DNA of 43,910 nt from contig JAILNZ010000014.1 in the NCBI GenBank assembly GCA_024691135.1, positions 1 through 43,910 on the forward strand, in the 5' to 3' direction. Numbering within the stretch: position 1 is the first letter of the stretch; every line of letters begins with the position of its first letter. Of the stretch, positions 38,571 to 43,910 are shown one piece after another. Source of the stretch: Clostridiales bacterium (GTDB taxonomy: Bacteria; Bacillota; Clostridia; Saccharofermentanales; Saccharofermentanaceae). The notes under the pieces were generated by a model, which was not told the DNA's origin, did no database searches, and was given only the letters and a program-made list of their open reading frames with translations. The position numbers and the translations under genes are program-made.

Positions 38571-38579
38571 TGCTATAAT
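38571..38579 (+). promoter_or_regulatory. Extended -10 promoter of the EamA transporter
   Basis: TGCTATAAT sits immediately after the last repeat, followed by a GGAGGG RBS and ATG 38600. Confidence 0.65.
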
Positions 38580-38599
38580 CGAGCAAGCGGAGGGACTTC

Positions 38600-39490
38600 A
38601 TGGAGAAGAAGAGTTTTTTTGGTGACATCCTTATAATCATTGCGGGTCTTTTCTGGGGCAGCATGGGCATCTTTGTGCGCCATCTTAATGACCTTGGATT
38701 TTCCTCGACACAGGTTGCGTGCCTGAGGCTTACCATGGCGGGGGTGATATTTGCTGTCATCCTTCTTATCAAGGAGCCTTCCGGATTTAAGATCAAGCCT
38801 AAGGACATCCCGCTGTTTCTCGCGCTTGGACTTGTGAGCATCCTGTTCTTTACCTGCTGCTATTTCACGGCCATAAGGCTCATGACCATGTCCGTGGCGG
38901 CGATCCTTCTTTACACCTCACCGATCTGGGTCATGGTACTTGCGATCATCTTCCTCAAGGAGAAGGTCACGGCCAATAAGATAATCGCGCTCATCCTGGC
39001 GTTCCTCGGATGCGTCCTGGTATCGGGCTTCGGAGGCAAGGTGACAGTAGCGGGCGTCCTGGCAGGTCTCGGGTCCGGCCTCGGCTACGGCCTTTACAGC
39101 ATCTTCGGCACTTTTGCCCTCAGGAAATACTCGCCGTTTACGGTGACTGCATACACTTTCCTCATAGCGGGCGCAGGCTCGATACTTGTGTCAGATCCGG
39201 CTGACCTTTTTGACAAGGTCTCGAAAACAGAGAGCAGGATCGGACTTCTCGGCTTTGTTTTCCTCACTTCCGTGGTGACTGCCGTAATCCCGTTTCTCTT
39301 GTATACTTTGGGACTTAAGAGGACTTCCGCGGGGAAGGCGGCGGTACTTGCGACTGTGGAGCCTGCCGCAGCGACCTTGTTCGGTTTTTTTGTGATGAAG
39401 GAGAAGACCGGGCCCGTCGCGATTTGCGGAATAGCACTGGTGTTTCTTGCAATAATCATACTGAGCGTGCAGAAAAAACCCTCAAAATGA
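38600..39490 (+). CDS. DMT/EamA family transporter
   Basis: Ten TM segments in two EamA repeats; FWGSMG, LLYTSPIWV...LKEK and ATVEP...F...E. Confidence 0.9.
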   Translation: MEKKSFFGDILIIIAGLFWGSMGIFVRHLNDLGFSSTQVACLRLTMAGVIFAVILLIKEPSGFKIKPKDIPLFLALGLVSILFFTCCYFTAIRLMTMSVAAILLYTSPIWVMVLAIIFLKEKVTANKIIALILAFLGCVLVSGFGGKVTVAGVLAGLGSGLGYGLYSIFGTFALRKYSPFTVTAYTFLIAGAGSILVSDPADLFDKVSKTESRIGLLGFVFLTSVVTAVIPFLLYTLGLKRTSAGKAAVLATVEPAAATLFGFFVMKEKTGPVAICGIALVFLAIIILSVQKKPSK

Positions 39491-39691
39491 AATTATCGAA
39501 AATCATTTATGCAAAAAACAATATCAAAACGGAAAATGTAATAAAATTCCCCAAAATTCCGCCCGGTAGGGTGGTGCTTTTCTTTTGAGAATTATATATA
39601 CTCTATTGGTGGAAATTTGGTTTTCCGCCCGAAAAAAGCAGATGGTATGGTTTTATACCCTGAAAAATACTACAGAAAAGAGAGAGAGATT

Positions 39692-41305
39692 ATGGCAAAA
39701 GTTGATTTGACCAAGTACGGTATTACCGGTACAACAGAGATCGTCTACAATCCTTCTTATGAGCTTCTCTTCGAGGAAGAGACAAAGGCCGGCCTTGAGG
39801 GATATGAGGTAGGTAAGGTTACAGAACTCGATACAGTTAACGTTATGACTGGTATCTTTACAGGTCGTTCCCCTAAAGACAAGTATATCGTTATGGATGA
39901 GAACTCCAAGAACACAGTTTGGTGGACATCCGATGAGTACAAGAACGACAACCACCCTATGACAGAAGAGACATGGGAAGTTGTTAAGGACATCGCTAAG
40001 AAAGAGCTCTCCAACAAGAGACTTTTCGTTGTTGATGCATTCTGCGGCGCTAATGCTGATACGAGAATGGCTATCCGTTTCATCGTTGAGGTTGCTTGGC
40101 AGGCTCACTTCGTAAAGAACATGTTCATCGTTCCTACAGATGAGGAGCTCGAGGTATTTGAGCCTGATTTCGTTATCTACAACGCTTCCAAGGCTAAGAT
40201 CGAGAACTACAAGGAACTCGGCCTCAATTCCGAGACATGTGCAGCATTCAACATCACATCCCGTGAGCAGGTTATCATCAACACATGGTACGGCGGAGAG
40301 ATGAAGAAGGGTATGTTCTCCATGATGAACTACTATCTCCCGTTGAAGGGCATCGCTTCCATGCACTGCTCTGCTAACACAGATATGGAAGGTAAGCACA
40401 CAGCTATCTTCTTCGGCCTTTCCGGTACAGGTAAGACAACACTTTCCACAGATCCTAAGAGACTCCTCATCGGTGATGACGAGCACGGCTGGGACGACAA
40501 CGGCGTATTCAACTTTGAGGGCGGCTGCTATGCTAAGGTTATCAACCTCTCCAAGGAGAACGAGCCTGACATCTACAATGCAATCAAGAGAAACGCTCTC
40601 CTCGAGAACGTAACAGTTGCTGAAGACGGCAAGATCGACTTCGCTGACAAGTCCGTTACAGAGAACACACGTGTTTCTTATCCTATCGACCACATCGAGA
40701 AGATCGCTAAGAACGTTAACAAGATCTCTTCCGGTCCTGCAGCAGATAACGTAATCTTCCTTTCTGCTGATGCTTTCGGAGTACTTCCTCCTGTTTCCAT
40801 CCTCACACCTGAGCAGACAAAGTACTACTTCCTGTCCGGCTTCACAGCTAAGCTCGCCGGTACAGAGCGTGGAATCACAGAGCCTACACCTACATTCTCC
40901 GCTTGCTTTGGTCAGGCATTCCTTGAGCTCCACCCTACAAAGTATGCAGAGGAACTCGTTAAGAAGATGGAGAAGAACGGCGCTAAGGCTTACCTCGTTA
41001 ACACAGGTTGGAACGGCACAGGCAAGAGAATCTCTATCCCTGACACACGTGGAATCATCGATGCTATCTTGAGTGGTGACATCCTGAAGGCTCCTACGAA
41101 GAAGATCCCGTTCTTTGATTTCGAAGTACCTACAGAGCTCCCTGGCGTAAGCACAGAGATCCTCGATCCCAGATACACATATGCTGATGCAGCAGAGTGG
41201 GAGACAAAGGCTAAGGATCTTGCAGGCAGATTCATCAAGAACTTCGCTAAGTACGAAGGTAACGAAGCAGGTAAGGCACTCGTTGAGGCTGGCCCGAAGC
41301 TTTGA
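39692..41305 (+). CDS. pckA: Phosphoenolpyruvate carboxykinase (ATP)
   Basis: Motifs [42 protein letters not shown] and [10 protein letters not shown]; strongly biased, highly-expressed-type codons. Confidence 0.98.
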   Translation: MAKVDLTKYGITGTTEIVYNPSYELLFEEETKAGLEGYEVGKVTELDTVNVMTGIFTGRSPKDKYIVMDENSKNTVWWTSDEYKNDNHPMTEETWEVVKDIAKKELSNKRLFVVDAFCGANADTRMAIRFIVEVAWQAHFVKNMFIVPTDEELEVFEPDFVIYNASKAKIENYKELGLNSETCAAFNITSREQVIINTWYGGEMKKGMFSMMNYYLPLKGIASMHCSANTDMEGKHTAIFFGLSGTGKTTLSTDPKRLLIGDDEHGWDDNGVFNFEGGCYAKVINLSKENEPDIYNAIKRNALLENVTVAEDGKIDFADKSVTENTRVSYPIDHIEKIAKNVNKISSGPAADNVIFLSADAFGVLPPVSILTPEQTKYYFLSGFTAKLAGTERGITEPTPTFSACFGQAFLELHPTKYAEELVKKMEKNGAKAYLVNTGWNGTGKRISIPDTRGIIDAILSGDILKAPTKKIPFFDFEVPTELPGVSTEILDPRYTYADAAEWETKAKDLAGRFIKNFAKYEGNEAGKALVEAGPKL

Positions 41306-41331
41306 TCTTAAACTGAGACAAGTTTTATTTC

Positions 41332-41363
41332 CGGCGGTCGCGTTATGCGGCCGCTGTTTTTTT
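41332..41363 (+). terminator. Intrinsic terminator of pckA
   Basis: CGGCGGTCGCG-TTA-TGCGGCCGCTG followed by TTTTTTT. Confidence 0.7.
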
Positions 41364-41373
41364 GCTCGAAAAA

Positions 41374-41411
41374 GACCGGCACAGACTCCGCGTTGCGGGT
41401 CTGTGCCGGTC
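41374..41411. repeat. Strong inverted repeat (terminator of the minus-strand gene, or REP-like)
   Basis: GACCGGCACAGAC...GTCTGTGCCGGTC, perfect 13-bp arms. Confidence 0.7.
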
Positions 41412-41449
41412 ATGCTCTTCAGCGGGCATTTTTAGGATATTTGGAGATA

Positions 41450-42703
41450 TTAGTCTTCTTTGAATCTTCTCGATCTGATCACAAGAAGGATGCCTGATAC
41501 CGTGATGGCGATAACTGCAGCGATCAGGGTATAGGAGACAGCTTCACCTGTCTTCGTAACCTTATCCGTACGCTCTGTCTGATTAGGCGTTGCCTTAGAC
41601 GGAACAGGGGTTGTTGTCGGAGCAGGAGTCTCCTCGGCTGTGGAATCCGTACCTGAGTCAGGTGTTGACGAAGGAAAGGAAGGAACTTCAGAACTGTCGC
41701 TCTTCGGATTGTCGAGAGTTACTGACCCGGTCTTTACTTCCTTGTCTGTATCCTGAGCGGAAGGAGTCTCGGGTGTTTCCGGCTCTTCTTCTCCGTCAGT
41801 AGTTATGATCGAAGGGGAGTCAGGTTCCTCTTCTCCGGAAGTTGCCGGAGGAGCAGGAGTTTCAGGCTCATCCTCATCGTCGGGAGTCTCTATGGAAGGT
41901 ACATCCGGAGTTTCCGGAACTTCAGGAGTCTCGGGAGTCTCAGGTGTTTCCGGTGTCTCGGGAGTCTCAGGATCTTCAGGTGTGTCCGGTGTATCAGGCT
42001 CGTCAGGAGTCTCGGGCTCGGTGCCTTCGCTTATCCAACCCTTGCCGAGGAGATGCTGGACGCTCAGATCGTCAGGGGTGTAGAAATATGCGTTGTACTG
42101 GCCGTTGGCGGTTCCGACAGGGTAGGAGGATGTTTTTGAATCGATGCACTCAAGGAGAGGTGCAAAGACCTGGTTCCAGATGGAATCGGCGTCGTCCTTG
42201 TTATCGACACGGCCGCGGACCTTCATGCAGACGTTCACGTAACCGTATCCGCCGTCGTCACTGATGAAATCGTCTTCGGAGAGAGCGATCCAGACCAGCT
42301 GCTGGTAGAGATACTCGGTCTTGCCGAAGTTTGTCCAGTAGTATGCTGCGAAGTCACATGATGCGCGGAGCTCGTCAAGTTTGGATCCGATGGCCTCGCG
42401 CTCCATGAGGATAACCATGAGCCTTCCCATGGTCTTGCTGTCCAGACCTGTCTCGGTAAGGAGGCATCTGGTGTAGGCCATACCCTGGGGACCCGGAAGC
42501 TTGATGTCGGCGCAGTATACGAATTCGTCTAATTTAACCTCTTCGCCGTCAACGACCTCGTAGATCTTGTCGGACGTTGCTTCATAGCAGATAAATATTT
42601 CTTCGGAAGCCTTGACAGATTTATTGAATCCGAACGTGCCAAGGACGATGGCCGCACTTAAAAAGAGCGCAGCAAAAGAAATAAATTTCTTCAACTTGTA
42701 CAT
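41450..42703 (-). CDS. Sortase-anchored surface protein with a probable thioester domain (TED) and a PET-repeat stalk
   Basis: Signal peptide ending VKA-S; FVYCADIKLPGP; YQQLVW; SVQHLL; (PET)n stalk; C-terminal VTKTGE + TM + RSRRFK. Confidence 0.7.
   Translation of the reverse strand: MYKLKKFISFAALFLSAAIVLGTFGFNKSVKASEEIFICYEATSDKIYEVVDGEEVKLDEFVYCADIKLPGPQGMAYTRCLLTETGLDSKTMGRLMVILMEREAIGSKLDELRASCDFAAYYWTNFGKTEYLYQQLVWIALSEDDFISDDGGYGYVNVCMKVRGRVDNKDDADSIWNQVFAPLLECIDSKTSSYPVGTANGQYNAYFYTPDDLSVQHLLGKGWISEGTEPETPDEPDTPDTPEDPETPETPETPETPETPEVPETPDVPSIETPDDEDEPETPAPPATSGEEEPDSPSIITTDGEEEPETPETPSAQDTDKEVKTGSVTLDNPKSDSSEVPSFPSSTPDSGTDSTAEETPAPTTTPVPSKATPNQTERTDKVTKTGEAVSYTLIAAVIAITVSGILLVIRSRRFKED
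41904..42017 (-). repeat. Degenerate 9-bp coding tandem repeat (Pro-Glu/Asp-Thr)n
   Basis: GGAGTCTCG / GGTGTTTCC-type units encode PETPDEPDTPDTPEDPETPETPETPETPETPEVPETP. Confidence 0.85.
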
Positions 42704-42768
42704 GTGGTGGGGTAAACCTCTGGTAAATAGATTCAAACTCAATATAACGTTCAAACTCAATTGCCTGT

Positions 42769-42797
42769 ATATTATCGGGATAAATTATTTTTGTCAA
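42769..42797 (-). promoter_or_regulatory. Sigma-A promoter of the surface protein gene
   Basis: Minus strand TTGACA, 17-nt spacer, TAATAT. Confidence 0.65.
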
Positions 42798-42955
42798 CGT
42801 TTAATTATTTGTATTTCTGCGACAAAAAACTGACATTTTCGAGAAGTACATGGCTGAAAAAATGCAAGTTGTGCAGGGTTCTTTGCAAGTTATGACAGGG
42901 GCTTAGAGAAAAACGGTGCCGCGTGAAACAATAGGGTAACGGGAGGTGACGGGGC

Positions 42956-43910
42956 ATGACCAAAAAGTTGACGGCAGTTATCATTTTTTTGTATATGATC
43001 GCATTTACGGCGAATCTGGCGGCAGTGATCGACTGGAACGATGTCTTCATGCCTGCCTCGGTAATGATCGTTTATCCGAGGAACAGGTATTATGCCTATA
43101 AGGAGGGGTCGCACTATTACCTCACTTTGACAGAGACGGTGGAGATCACGAAAGGGGATTATAAGTATATCCTGGGCAACGGGGATGACCGGCATGACGA
43201 TCCGGGATCGGAGTATAAGTACAGACTGAAGTACTTTTCCTTTTTCGAAAAGGAGTATAGGCCCGAGAGGAGCTTCACGGTCTACAGGATGATAGATGTC
43301 TATATGGACAGGATAAACGAGCGTGACAGCAGGGAACTGTCGAGGATGAGGGACCGTATCACGCAGATCCTTGACGAATACGGGGCGGAGACGGGGAGCA
43401 TGAAGTTCTCGTCTTCCGAAGGCCGCATCTCCTCTTATTACGGGTTTGCGGACCCGGAGAAGAATCAGGACGCGATCGATAAGATAAACAGGAAGATCAT
43501 GGCGGAATTCGCGGCAGTCTATCTGTGGGACAGGGGCGAGATGCCTCTTCCTTATCCCGGGAGTAATGCGCGGATCATAGAGGCCCTCACGGAAAGGCTC
43601 ACGGGGCAGGACACGGAAGAGTATGTTGCCGAGGATTACGATTCGGAGCTCAGTTCATATGGCGATTTGGACGGGCTTTTTTACAGATACCACATGGTCG
43701 CACATCAGGACAGGGACAGGAGCAGATTGTCCCTTAAGGCGGCAAAGTACATAAGTCTCAGGTATATGGAGCACATGCCGGGAGGAAGGCACAGCATCTT
43801 CTCGAAAACCGTTCCAGGTGACAACATCACGGTCATGGTCTATTCCAGCAAGGGCCCCCGCGAGACCGGATATATCGAATTCGAGGCACATGACCCGGTA
43901 TCGCATTACC
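42956..43910 (+). CDS. Hypothetical membrane-anchored or secreted protein, 3'-truncated (absent from the ORF track)
   Basis: GGAGGTG RBS, then MTKKLTAVIIFLYMIAFTANLAAVIDWND... Hand translation shows no stop for 318 codons up to the window end. Confidence 0.8.
   Translation, partial: MTKKLTAVIIFLYMIAFTANLAAVIDWNDVFMPASVMIVYPRNRYYAYKEGSHYYLTLTETVEITKGDYKYILGNGDDRHDDPGSEYKYRLKYFSFFEKEYRPERSFTVYRMIDVYMDRINERDSRELSRMRDRITQILDEYGAETGSMKFSSSEGRISSYYGFADPEKNQDAIDKINRKIMAEFAAVYLWDRGEMPLPYPGSNARIIEALTERLTGQDTEEYVAEDYDSELSSYGDLDGLFYRYHMVAHQDRDRSRLSLKAAKYISLRYMEHMPGGRHSIFSKTVPGDNITVMVYSSKGPRETGYIEFEAHDPVSHY

Noticed and set aside
38081-38636. ORFs across the repeat region (38081-38404, 38208-38459, 38257-38625, 38364-38636)
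   Set aside because: Their repeated peptides (SNLRLEK, FPTLGW, EKGWKN) simply translate the DNA palindrome in several frames. None has a convincing RBS.
39653-41413. 586-aa antisense ORF
   Set aside because: Shadow of pckA caused by strong codon bias; no protein motifs.

Overview
Chromosomal window from a moderately GC-rich clostridial (Bacillota) genome. The DUF4214-type surface domain, the sortase-like TKTGE motif, ATP-dependent pckA and sigma-A promoters suggest a gut or rumen clostridial lineage (inference). From left to right: (1) the 3' end of a tightly coupled putative lipid-biosynthesis operon (UbiA-like protein, RPH/PigC-type PEP-utilising phosphotransferase, YghO/bacterial-ceramide-synthase-like GNAT, acyl-CoA ligase), followed by a GH3 lipoprotein, a hemolysin-III/PAQR protein and hsp20; (2) a ~25 kb cell-wall polysaccharide locus with mixed gene orientation (LtaS-like sulfatase, priming glycosyltransferase, Wzc-like co-polymerase, DUF4422, two LicD, CDP-polyol synthesis pair, two Wzy-like paralogues, Wzx, beta-helix/DUF4214 protein, GT-C-like membrane proteins); (3) alpha/beta hydrolase, HAD phosphatase, an HD-GYP protein with an S-component-like N-terminus, carD, a 42-bp-periodic palindromic array, an EamA transporter, pckA, a probable thioester-domain adhesin, and an ORF running off the end that the ORF track missed. 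I saw no tRNA, rRNA, transposase or cas genes. All family calls come from reading motifs by eye; no database searches were run.
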